DNA of 64,000 nt from Limnochordia bacterium (GTDB taxonomy: Bacteria > Bacillota > Limnochordia > DTU080). Position numbers and translations under genes: made by a program. A model generated the notes under the pieces. The model was not told where the DNA came from and made no database searches. It saw only the letters and a program-made list of their open reading frames with translations. Below are positions 51,637 through 61,428 of this stretch, in pieces (the first letter of the stretch is position 1; the number at the start of each line of letters is the position of its first letter). The stretch lies in contig JBMNJG010000006.1 in assembly GCA_050951545.1 (NCBI GenBank), positions 1 through 64,000 of the forward strand, written 5' to 3'.

Positions 51637-52890
51637 CTACCTATCGGTTCCGTACACGTTGCCGAACACCTTGTTGATCTCTTCTGCCGCACGCAATACG
51701 CCTTCAGCTGCAGAGCGTTGTCCGCGCAGTACAGGCTCGATACCAGCTCGCTTCGCATTCTGCCATATCGCCCAGTCGGGGCTGGAGTCAGCATCGCTCA
51801 TATAGCCGACAGACTGTGCGAGTGTCTGCTGAATGCTGTTCATTTTGACACGCGCAGCGACTGACCGCACCGACGGAATGCTATAGGGCGCCTGATATGA
51901 CGTCCAGAAAGCTTCGATTGTCTCTTGTGTGAGCAACTCCCTGAGCACTGCCCACACCGCCTGAAGATCCTGGCCGGGCCGCCGCATGACTTCGAACATG
52001 TTGGATCCACCGTAGATATCGTGGGTCACTGGCCCTCTGGGCACCATCGCTGTGCCAAAATCAAGCCCCTCAACTCTAGCGAACGTGTTGATCAGCCACG
52101 AGCCTCCAATCTGAAAACCTAGGTTGGCTCCTGCTAGACTGCCGCCGACTATCGCCGAGCGGTCTTCGAGAGCCATGTCTGCGAGAAACTGAGTGGCCTG
52201 AATGGCCTGTGGCGAATCAATCGCCGCAGACCTGCGGTCTGGCTGCAGAATGCGGCCACCGAATGACTTTACGAGCGAATCGAAGATCTCGTAGCTGGCC
52301 CCTACAGACAGTCCCCAGATGTCGTTTTGGCCATCGCCATCCGTGTCACGAGCGATCTTCCGGGCTGCGAGACGCAGATCCGCCCAGGTCCACGAGGCGC
52401 TAGGTGGGTTAACGCCCGCGTTGCGCAGCAACTCGTTGCTATACCAGAGCACTGAACCTACCGTGTCGTAAGGCAGACCGTAGACGCCCTTTCCATCAGG
52501 TTGGGGCCAGCGCACTTCGTTGAAGGGCCCGGGCCAGAAGCTCTCTTTGCGCAGGGTAGCATCTTTATCCAGCAATGGTCCCAAATCCACAGCCCCTCCG
52601 CGCACCACATGGCCGAAGGCATACGTTCCTGCTGTGTCCACGATGTCGGGAGCCTGGTCAGTGCTCATCAGCACGAGCAGCTTGTTCCAGAAATCTGGGT
52701 AGTTGACAGTCTCGATGCCAATACCAGGGTGCTTGGCCTCCCATTTGGGTATAAGGCGGTCACGCAGTATCTCAAAGCGAGGCTGCGAGTACGTGGCGAT
52801 GGTCACCGTGGCCTTGGCCGCAACGCAGGTCGGAACTGCGAGAGAAACGACAAGCCAGGCAGTGAGGAACACGCCTACCCTGGTTCTCAT
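51637..52890 (-). CDS. SBP family 1 (close paralogue of 25228..26481)
   Basis: ATG 52890 after GGGGTGG; TDQAPDIVD, WTWADL, DTDGDG. Confidence 0.85.
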   Translation of the reverse strand: MRTRVGVFLTAWLVVSLAVPTCVAAKATVTIATYSQPRFEILRDRLIPKWEAKHPGIGIETVNYPDFWNKLLVLMSTDQAPDIVDTAGTYAFGHVVRGGAVDLGPLLDKDATLRKESFWPGPFNEVRWPQPDGKGVYGLPYDTVGSVLWYSNELLRNAGVNPPSASWTWADLRLAARKIARDTDGDGQNDIWGLSVGASYEIFDSLVKSFGGRILQPDRRSAAIDSPQAIQATQFLADMALEDRSAIVGGSLAGANLGFQIGGSWLINTFARVEGLDFGTAMVPRGPVTHDIYGGSNMFEVMRRPGQDLQAVWAVLRELLTQETIEAFWTSYQAPYSIPSVRSVAARVKMNSIQQTLAQSVGYMSDADSSPDWAIWQNAKRAGIEPVLRGQRSAAEGVLRAAEEINKVFGNVYGTDR

Positions 52891-53230
52891 GGCATTACCA
52901 CCCCAGTGACAGCGCCTGTGATAAGCAACACCACGCCTACCAGAAGCACCAACTGTGCGGACCATCGGCTCCTCTGTCTACACACTGTAAACACCACCCT
53001 AGCTTGATTTACCAGCGCCTTATGTAATTCAGTCTACCGCACTTAGTTTTCCACCTCTTTTATGCATTTCCTTCGGCATCGGTTATTCCCTCCTAGATGC
53101 GGCCAAACAGATGGGGATCGCTTAACCGTGTCCGACACCGACGAGATCACGAGAGGGTAGCTTCCGTTCACGTATTTGAGGCGGCTCATTTGCGAGCCAC
53201 TTTCCCGATTAAGCATCTTCCTCTGAATAT

Positions 53231-53440
53231 TCTACTCCTTAGACAGCTCGACGTTGATGACGTGTTCTGCTCGCATAGGGGCTTCGGGCACCGCCACATT
53301 GCCATCGAATGCTGCAATGAACTCTCTTCCTACCGGGTCTCCAAACAAATCACAGCGTGTGTGTTTGGCACCGTGGAGCAGCACCCGCACACGTTGCTAA
53401 GCACCTTGGTGATCTCCTCAGCGGCACGTAAAACGCCTTC
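53231..53440 (-). pseudogene. Fused remnant of the 3' ends of paralogues of SBP 50312..51559 and SBP 51637..52890
   Basis: 53231-53380 aligns with 50311-50460; 53386-53440 aligns with 51651-51705. Confidence 0.75.
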
Positions 53441-53478
53441 TTCTGCCCCAGCGGCGGTACCTTGCGAGCCATGTGCCG

Positions 53479-54270
53479 CTATTTCGTCAGAATCCATTCC
53501 GGCCTGTCTCGCAACAAGTCGCTGGCCAAAGCCACGTTGTCTTCGGCGGATAGTGTGCGCACCAATGAGCGACCAATCATGACGCTTTTCACCACACTTG
53601 CATCCTCGTATACCGACTCCATCTTCGCCAGATACCGCGTGATGCCCAGACGACTGCAGGCATAGCGACGAAACGTTCGTATTGATTCCCGCCCGTGGCG
53701 ATCGATCACCACTACCTCGGCCTCTTCATCGTACGAAAGATAGGCCGGCCTCACCAGGTCTTCTGCCACATGAAACATTGAATTCGACCCAAAACCAACA
53801 CCGACGAAGAGACAGTGGCCACCCCACTCCCACAGTTTCCAGTACGGAGACCCTGGTCCACAGGGCGTATCGCCATGCCACGCGGTGATCTCTTCGGCCC
53901 TGGCCCCCACAGCAGCCACAGATGACAGAGGGTGCAAGCTTCGGTATGCGTCAGACCGGCACCGCAACGTCTCCGTGATGAGCCCGGTTTCGGAAGGCTG
54001 AGTACGGGAATCAAAACGGCGATTGGACTTCTCGAAGCCGCGAAACGTCAAAGTCGGTACCACAAGGGACCCCGTCGGGCCCAAAGCGTCTAGTACGCCA
54101 TCGATCACCGCACGGGCCCCGCCCTGCACATGACCCAAACTACTGAGCGAACTGTGCATGAGCACGATGGCCCCTTCCGGCAGACCGAGCGACCGCAACC
54201 CGGCCGAGATGTCATTCTGAGTGACGGAAGATGGGGCAGCGGGTACTGACTCTTTCTGATTGGTAGCCAT
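53479..54270 (-). CDS. AAC(3)/YokD-family N-acetyltransferase
   Basis: VLMHSSLSSLGHVQGGA..VIDG...GSLVVPT, RSLHPLSSVAA, SMFHVAE. Confidence 0.85.
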   Translation of the reverse strand: MATNQKESVPAAPSSVTQNDISAGLRSLGLPEGAIVLMHSSLSSLGHVQGGARAVIDGVLDALGPTGSLVVPTLTFRGFEKSNRRFDSRTQPSETGLITETLRCRSDAYRSLHPLSSVAAVGARAEEITAWHGDTPCGPGSPYWKLWEWGGHCLFVGVGFGSNSMFHVAEDLVRPAYLSYDEEAEVVVIDRHGRESIRTFRRYACSRLGITRYLAKMESVYEDASVVKSVMIGRSLVRTLSAEDNVALASDLLRDRPEWILTK

Positions 54271-54294
54271 AGATAAACCACCTCTTGAGCATGA

Positions 54295-54936
54295 TTAGAC
54301 GCCCACATGAGGCGTCTCCTGCCGCAAGATCCACCGAACCGCGCCCAGCACATCTGGGGCCACATATGCGGGCTCGACCCCAGCCCAAGTATGTCTAAAC
54401 TCGCCAAGGCTGCCCTGGCCCACACCTGTTAGCACCAGAATTCCCTTGGCTCCACAGGCCTCAGCCAGCAGCATATCAGCAGCCCCCATATCGCCAATGA
54501 TGTAGCTTTGGCCGACACAGATGCTGAACTCCTGGGCAGCCTGATCGATCATTCCCGGTAACGGCTTCTTGCACTTGCATCCGTCATCCTTGTCATGTGG
54601 GCAGCAATACACTGCGTCGAAATAGGCACCTCTTCGAGCGAGGCTGCTCCTGATATCACGCATCCGCTGCTCGTATTCACCGTAGGTGAGAAGGCCCTTA
54701 CTGATGTGACTTTGGTTGGTGATGACAATGGCCAGGAAGGGAGACCTATTGAGGAGCCGCACCGCATCGGCAGCACATGGGTAGAAGCTGAAATGCCGTA
54801 CGTCATCTAACCCCTCACCGCCCAAGGTGCCCTGCAGGTCAAGAAAGGCCGCCCGCCTATACTGGCTAGGCTGCTTGTGTTGGAGGATACTCTGTTTCGC
54901 CTGTATGCCCACGACCCCCCTTGAAGACCGTATCAC
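54295..54936 (-). CDS. HAD-IIIA hydrolase (GmhB / histidinol-phosphatase-like)
   Basis: AAFLDLQGTL, ITNQS, CPH....CKCKKPLPGMI, IIGD...D. Confidence 0.85.
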   Translation of the reverse strand: MIRSSRGVVGIQAKQSILQHKQPSQYRRAAFLDLQGTLGGEGLDDVRHFSFYPCAADAVRLLNRSPFLAIVITNQSHISKGLLTYGEYEQRMRDIRSSLARRGAYFDAVYCCPHDKDDGCKCKKPLPGMIDQAAQEFSICVGQSYIIGDMGAADMLLAEACGAKGILVLTGVGQGSLGEFRHTWAGVEPAYVAPDVLGAVRWILRQETPHVGV

Positions 54937-54977
54937 GCTGTGCGGGCATGTCAGCGCAGACAGCTAACGCCCGGGGT

Positions 54978-55184
54978 TCATCTCCACCGCAAAACGTTCG
55001 AGCCATGTGCTGTCAGGTTCAGACGCACGTGGCTCATGCCACTCTCAAAGCTGGCGTTCTGAAGGCTATTCGCTGCTGAAGCACATCCAACCGCTGTGAG
55101 AACGCAGCAGGCGGCAACAGCGATGGCGACGAACCGCCATGCAGCTGACTGATGCCTCTTTACGGCCCGTGTGGTTTTCGTCAT
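54978..55184 (-). pseudogene. 5' remnant of a secreted CBM4/9-type protein
   Basis: Signal peptide (WRFVAIAVAACCVLTAVGCASA) followed by NSLQNASFESG, then early stop. Confidence 0.45.
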
Positions 55185-55461
55185 GGCTATGCATATCCTC
55201 CTAGGGTACCGCACGCCGTCGATGGGTTCGCTAGCCACCGCGCCGATCTCAGCATACGTGGTGAGCCTGCGCGCACTAGAGATCACCGGGGAATCGACAC
55301 CCGTGTTAGACAAGCCCTATGGCGAAACCTGCCTTCATTCTGGAGTCCTTGCGACGAGTGCTTGGGCTGTGAGGTGTATGGTACTATGCAAGTGGTACCT
55401 GATTAGGGCGCATACGCCAACCGCGTGAAATCCCACGCCGAAAGGATCTGCAGGAGACACC

Positions 55462-56303
55462 ATGACCTATTCGAGAGCATGGCCAGCATGGGGCCTGGTG
55501 GAGCTTGATACCACGCCTACAGATCTTTCCGTCTGCCTGCCCAGCTACGGATGTGCGGTCGATGTGATCCGCAGCAGGGGCATGCAGCGCCATAGGCACC
55601 CCGCTTGGGAGATGGCTTGGGTACACAGTGGTACTGTCGTAGTCAGCATCGGTGACTCTTACGAGGTGCTGACACCGGGGGACCTTGTAGTGTTTGACGG
55701 GACAGTCATCCATGGTTTCTGCCCTATCGGAGCCTCGTATACGCGTACCTCCGTTCACTTCGTCCCCCAACTGGTGCCCACACCAGAGTCCTCCCTATCG
55801 CCACGTACACCGCTAGCGATGTCGGTCACGAACGGGACTGCACGTGAGGTCATCGAGAGCGTCTTGCAGTTGCGGGCTGCCTTTGAGACTGGGGCGGCTG
55901 GCACATCCTTGATCGAAGGCATAGCGAAGCTGCTCCTGGAGCTTAGGCGGGTCGCCACATCACCGCCGAGGGCCCTGCTACCCCCCTTGGTGCCGAGGTG
56001 CTGGAATTCATGATCCGCCATCCCGAGCGTTCGGTTAGTCTAGGCGATCTGTCCAACCAGTTCCATGTGTCGCGAGGACACCTCTGCCGCCTGTTCCAAG
56101 AAAGTCTGGGCCATTCTCCCCAGAGTATCTGGTTACGGGTGAAGATCCAGCACGGTTGTCATCTTCTACTCAACCAAGTGAGCATTAGTTCGGCCTCGGC
56201 CGCCACGGGGTTCGCCACACGACGAGGCTTCGAGCGCGCCTTTCGTCGTGTAACCGGGCTCTCCCCAGGCGAGTACAGAGAAGCCCGGAGCCACCTCTCC
56301 TGA
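55462..56303 (+). pseudogene. AraC-family regulator (cupin plus HTH) split by one frameshift near 55985
   Basis: HRHPAWEMAWVHSG cupin in 55462..56013; SLGDLSNQFHVSRGHLCRLFQ...GF....FERAFRRVTGLSPGEYR in 55998..56303. Confidence 0.8.
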
Positions 56304-56393
56304 GGGGCAGCAGCATGATGTGACTTCTGGTCGCAGGAAGACACACGGCGTCATCCAAAGGTCTCCTGACGACTAGTAAGGGGGTCGAACACG

Positions 56394-57671
56394 TTGCTTC
56401 GCAGGAACCTAGCCATGGTCTTATGTGTTACCAGCCTTCTGGCGGCGTTCGGTGTCCAGGCCACTGCCCCAAGCATTCGCCACATGGAGCACTCCGGACG
56501 CGAATTCGAGGAATGGATCACACAGCAAGCTGTTCGCTTTCACGAGCAGACCGGGATAGCGGTCGAGGTGGAGTTTGGTGGGCAAGCAGGGAAAGTTCCC
56601 GAGAAACTAGCTGTACGCGTAGCGGCAGGGCTAGCCCCGGATACCACTTTCATGAGCCTCAATCTGCTACCGCTCACGAAGGTACCACTTGTGGACCTGC
56701 GCCCTTTCGTTGACCGTGATCGCCTGAATCTGTCGCGCTACCCCAATCCGGTGATCTCGCATCTCACCGTCCAGGAGGGACTGCGCCAGGGGGCCTTCCT
56801 TGGTCTGCCCGTCAGTCTGTGGACCTACGGCGTTGCCTACAACAAAGGCATGTTTGAGCAGAACGGTCTACCCAAGCCGAACCATGACTGGAGCTGGGCT
56901 GACCTGATCACCTACACCCGCAAGCTTGGGGCAGATACGTCCGGCGACGGTACCATCGATCGTTGGGGCCTGATGCTGCCCGTCGCCTGGACGCGTATGG
57001 GTGTCGTCGTCCATCAGGCTGGCGGAGGATGGCTTGATAGTCAGACAGACCCCAAGCGGGCGACGCTCGCCAACGCCAACACACGTCTAGCACTGGATTT
57101 CATAGACGAACTGTTCGCAACTGGAGGTGCTGATGGCGGCTGGGAGGCTTTTTGGCGCAACCGAGCCGGGATTTCATACGATGCCGGTCCCAACTACGGC
57201 GAACGGATAGCCCAGCAGTCGAACCCGTTTGAGTTCGAGTGGATACCATACGCCAAGGGCCCCGGCCCTAACACAGGTGGCGAGCTCGCTGTTCAATTTT
57301 ACGCCATGCTCGAAGACAGCCGGAGCAAGGACGCCGCTTGGCAGTGGCTGAAGTTCCTCACCCACGACATGCAGAGCCAGCTGGAGTATGGTGCGCGTAC
57401 CCAGCGCATCCCTGCATACCTACCAGCATCACAGCGTTACTTCAGCGACATGTCCAAAGCTAACCCTAGCATCATGGAGATCGTCACACTTGTGGCAGAT
57501 CCGACCTCGTATGTCCGCCCCACGTCCTGGGAGGCCGTTGGCGACATCATCGATACCTGGCTCACCAGAGCGTATGTGCAACGCGACATCAGCCTACACG
57601 AGGCAATAGTGCAGACCGAAAGACTGATCGAGGGCAGACTGGCCTCGTTACGGACACAAGGCATTCAGTGA
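56394..57671 (+). CDS. SBP family 1
   Basis: Signal peptide ending VQA; AAGLAPDT, YNKGMF..NGLPKP, WSWAD, DAAWQWLKFL. Confidence 0.85.
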   Translation: MLRRNLAMVLCVTSLLAAFGVQATAPSIRHMEHSGREFEEWITQQAVRFHEQTGIAVEVEFGGQAGKVPEKLAVRVAAGLAPDTTFMSLNLLPLTKVPLVDLRPFVDRDRLNLSRYPNPVISHLTVQEGLRQGAFLGLPVSLWTYGVAYNKGMFEQNGLPKPNHDWSWADLITYTRKLGADTSGDGTIDRWGLMLPVAWTRMGVVVHQAGGGWLDSQTDPKRATLANANTRLALDFIDELFATGGADGGWEAFWRNRAGISYDAGPNYGERIAQQSNPFEFEWIPYAKGPGPNTGGELAVQFYAMLEDSRSKDAAWQWLKFLTHDMQSQLEYGARTQRIPAYLPASQRYFSDMSKANPSIMEIVTLVADPTSYVRPTSWEAVGDIIDTWLTRAYVQRDISLHEAIVQTERLIEGRLASLRTQGIQ

Positions 57672-57788
57672 GTAGCTAGACAGATAGGCATGTCGACAAC
57701 TCCTTGCCCTCCCGTGCGGGCCAAGGAGTTGTTGCTATCTAGGCGAACAAGCCCGTAGTAGATCCTATTCGCGGAGGCTGATCGCACC

Positions 57789-59267
57789 ATGGACGACGCA
57801 GGCAAGAACCCTGACAGACCCAACGTGCTCTTGATCTGTTGCGACCATCTGCGCGCTGACTGGCTGAGCTGCAACGGGCATCCGGTGACGATGACACCCC
57901 AAATCGACACGTTGGCAGGTGAAGGCCTCAACTTCCAGCGAGCAGTTAGCGAGTGTCCGGTCTGCGTACCAGCCAGACGCATTCTAATGACGGGCATGGG
58001 TCCCTACGGTGTGCATATGAACACCAATCGAGATACGCAACCGTTTTCAGAAGGGCCCAAGCTGGCCGAAGTGATGACACGAGCGGGCTATCAGAGCTTC
58101 GCCTCAGGCAAGATGCACACGCACCCGCAGCGCAACCGCATCGGTTTCGAAGATGTGCAGCTCAACGAGGAAGGGCGCAAGCAAGGCGGCCTCTTGAAAG
58201 ACGACTACGAAGCGTTTTTGGACGACCACGGTTACGGCCATCGAGCTTATACCCATGGCCTGGGCAACAATCAGTATGGGATGCGCATCAGTCCACTACC
58301 CGAACCCTACACCACCACACATTGGACTGCACAAAAGGCCATGGAGTTCATTGGGCGGCGCGATCCCACTCGGCCTTTCTTCCTCTATGTCTCGTTCGAC
58401 AAGCCTCACCCCCCGATCACCCCGCCACTGGAGTATTACGAGCTCTACCGTGACGCTGCCATGCCAGAACCAGTCTGCGGAACGTGGGTGCAGCGCAAGC
58501 GGCCCCAGAGCATCGATACGGGAGCCATGCGACATAGCCTCGCCTATTGGCGGGACAATCCGCTCCTACTGCAGCAGACACTGCGGGGGTTTGCGGCCAT
58601 GATCACGCACATCGACAGCATGGTTGGAGTCCTGCTGGGTACCCTGCGCGAACATGCTCTTCTCGACAACACCCTGATCATCCTCACCAGCGATCATGGT
58701 GACAACCTCTTTGACCACGGGTTTTTCGCCAAGACCAACTTCATGCGTGGCTCCGCCAACATTCCCTTCATCGTGCGCCCGCCGCGGGCTTGGGGACAGA
58801 CCCACGGTGCTCGCCGTGATCGTGTCAATACAACCGCTCCGGTGGGCCTCATGGATATCATGCCTACGATCCTAGACATCTGCGGCATACCCATCCCGGA
58901 CAACGTTGAGGGCCAAAGCGTCGCCCCCTTTTTGCTCCACGATGACGCTGCTTTCCGTCACATCAGCTACGGCAACTGCGGCCCGCATTACAGCGTAAAC
59001 GACGGCCGCCTGAACTACACTTGGTTTGCTGACGATGGCCTTGAGTTCGTTTTTGACCAAGAAGCAGATCCTCACGACCGCCACGACCTGGCTGAAGATC
59101 CTGCCTATCGCGAGCAGTCAGTCCACATGCGCCAGCTCATGCTGCAATGGATGGAAGAACACGACGATGCACGTGCAAATGCCGCCGTCTTTGGCGGGCA
59201 GGCGAAAAGAAGAGCCTTCGCACCATCGACGTCTCGCAGTGGCTGGAATAACCGTGGGAGGCACTAG
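57789..59267 (+). CDS. Formylglycine-dependent sulfatase (choline/aryl-sulfatase-like)
   Basis: RPNVLLICCDHLR, CVPARRILMTG (CxPxR), GKMH, KPHPP, TSDHGD. Confidence 0.9.
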   Translation: MDDAGKNPDRPNVLLICCDHLRADWLSCNGHPVTMTPQIDTLAGEGLNFQRAVSECPVCVPARRILMTGMGPYGVHMNTNRDTQPFSEGPKLAEVMTRAGYQSFASGKMHTHPQRNRIGFEDVQLNEEGRKQGGLLKDDYEAFLDDHGYGHRAYTHGLGNNQYGMRISPLPEPYTTTHWTAQKAMEFIGRRDPTRPFFLYVSFDKPHPPITPPLEYYELYRDAAMPEPVCGTWVQRKRPQSIDTGAMRHSLAYWRDNPLLLQQTLRGFAAMITHIDSMVGVLLGTLREHALLDNTLIILTSDHGDNLFDHGFFAKTNFMRGSANIPFIVRPPRAWGQTHGARRDRVNTTAPVGLMDIMPTILDICGIPIPDNVEGQSVAPFLLHDDAAFRHISYGNCGPHYSVNDGRLNYTWFADDGLEFVFDQEADPHDRHDLAEDPAYREQSVHMRQLMLQWMEEHDDARANAAVFGGQAKRRAFAPSTSRSGWNNRGRH

Positions 59268-59323
59268 CTCGATGAACATCACAGAGTCCGAAGAATCACA
59301 TACGAATCAGGAGGCGTGTGTTC

Positions 59324-60381
59324 ATGAAAACCATGGTCCGACTACATTCGTCAAGACACTCAGCCACTGCAGCAGTAGCTTCTGCCCTAGCCATTGTACT
59401 GACACTCTCATCGGTTGCTTTTGGTGCGCCACGAACTGTTGAGTATATGTACCAAGCGGGTGTCGAAGCCACTGAGAAAGCTGCGGCCGATAGCGTCGCC
59501 ATCTTCGAGGACGCCAACCCTGACATCAAGGTTGAGCGTATACGCGTGCAGTCGAACTATCGGGATCGGTTAGTGGCACTCATCGCAGCTGGCACCGTAC
59601 CCGATGTGGTGAACATCGACATGCAGGACATTATGAGTTTTGCCGACGAGCGCTTCCTTCATGATCTGCGCCCGTTGGTGGAAAAGACACCGTCTTTCCA
59701 GTTCCAGCGCTTGGCCCCGCCCATCGTAGACATCTACACCGTTGACGGTAGGATATATGCCCTTTACCTTCTATGACCACGAAGTCAGGACTTGAATCGG
59801 TGCAGTTTCTTCACAGTATGATCTGGGAAGATGGGGCCATGTTGTTCACTAACCAGGTCTCGCGCAATATCGGTGCCAATGACGTGACAGGCTTCACCCG
59901 GGGCAAGGTAGGCATGACCACGCGTTGGTTCTCTTACGTCCCCGATTTCTCTCAGGCTGCCTCGACCATCGGTTTGGTTCCGCATCCCAAAGGTCCCAGA
60001 CCTCAGGGACGCTATACCACGGATTTGGGGAGCTGGGGTATCTCCATCAGTCGAGAGACTCGTGACCTCGACGCCGCTTGGCGCTTCGTCGCCTACACGG
60101 CAGGACCAGCCGGAGCTGCCCAGAACGCTAAGCTGATGGGGCGCACGCCCGCCCGTCCTATCCAGCTAAGCTGGCTGTCGAAGACTGTTGTGAACCCGGA
60201 GATCTATCCCGACATTCTCATGGCAACGACGTCACGTGTCGTCTCTCTTGGTAGGCTGGATCTTCAGCGCATTATTGACTCCGAACTGAACGCCGTATGG
60301 GCCAACCAAGTGGAGCCAAAGAGCGCTGTTAGCGAGATCGGGCGACGTATCCGAGCTTTCCTGAAAGACAATCCACAGTAG
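59324..60381 (+). pseudogene. SBP family 1 with internal deletion and frameshift at ~59765-59775
   Basis: N-half ends GRIYALYLL*, C-half begins MTTKSGLESVQFL; the usual YN..LF...G...WTW...KLT segment is absent. Confidence 0.7.
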
Positions 60382-60459
60382 GTCGTGGACGAACGCCTTG
60401 ACTGTATTCTGGCAAGGGTGGATCCCACTCGCTACTGACCGGATGGAGGAGTCCTCAGC

Positions 60460-61344
60460 GTGCAGCTCATCCCGGCCAAGACAATCATCTCCGGCTACAC
60501 CGAGGGGAGTCAGTGGTTTGGTAACAACTACAACATGAATATCTACAAGGGGTGTTGCCACGGATGCATCTACTGCGACAGCCGCAGCGAGTGTTACCAG
60601 ATAGACCGCTTCGACCAAGTGCGGGCCAAGGATAACGCCTTGGCCCTGATCGCCGGTGAGCTGGAACGCAAGCGCCGAAAAGGCGTTGTGGGTACGGGTG
60701 CCATGGGCGATCCATACAACCCCCTTGAGCGCGAGTACCGCCTCACCAGAGGCGCGCTGGAACTGATCGACACTAACCGCTTCGGGGTGTCGATAGCAAC
60801 CAAGAGCGATCTGGTGACACGAGACATCGACGTCCTTTGCTCCATCAAGACCCATTCGCCTGTGCTGATCAAGATCACCATTACGACAGCCAATGACGAG
60901 TTATGTCGAAAGGTAGAGCCAAACGCCCCGGTATCCTCTAGGCGTTTTTTTGCCATGAGGCAGCTGGCTGCGAGCGGCATCTTCACCGGGGTACTGCTCA
61001 TGCCAGTACTCCCTTTCATAGAAGACAACGATGAGAACATAGCCGACATCGTTCGGCTGGCGGCTGAGGCTGGAGCTCGGTTCATCTACCCCGCCTTCGG
61101 GGTCACGCTGCGCCAGAACCAGAGAGAGTGGTACTACGCAAAGCTCGATGAGCGCTTCCCTGGGCTCCGGCGCCAGTATGTGAGGCAGTTCGGCAATGCG
61201 TACGAATGCCAGTCCCCCAGGGCGCAGGAGCTATGGCATCTGTTCAAGGAGGAGTGCGACACACGCGGCATCCTGTACAAGATGAAGGACATCATTGCGG
61301 CCTACCGCGATCCATACAGCAAAACTCAGCTGTCACTTTTCTAG
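60460..61344 (+). CDS. Radical SAM protein (SPL-like / Rv2578c-like)
   Basis: NIYKGCCHGCIYCDSRS (CxxxCxxC), DPYNPLE, TKSDLV.RDID, C-terminal QLSLF. Confidence 0.88.
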   Translation: MQLIPAKTIISGYTEGSQWFGNNYNMNIYKGCCHGCIYCDSRSECYQIDRFDQVRAKDNALALIAGELERKRRKGVVGTGAMGDPYNPLEREYRLTRGALELIDTNRFGVSIATKSDLVTRDIDVLCSIKTHSPVLIKITITTANDELCRKVEPNAPVSSRRFFAMRQLAASGIFTGVLLMPVLPFIEDNDENIADIVRLAAEAGARFIYPAFGVTLRQNQREWYYAKLDERFPGLRRQYVRQFGNAYECQSPRAQELWHLFKEECDTRGILYKMKDIIAAYRDPYSKTQLSLF

Positions 61345-61428
61345 GTGAAGCTGCTCTCAGCTCCACTGTAATCACGTCAGAGAACAGCCAAGCAGGTATT
61401 GCGGGCTGCAAGAAGCGTGACCAACCTC

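Noticed and set aside
53479-54270. Aminoglycoside resistance gene
   Set aside because: AAC(3)/YokD-family membership alone does not show resistance; chromosomal homologues are common and there is no mobile context.
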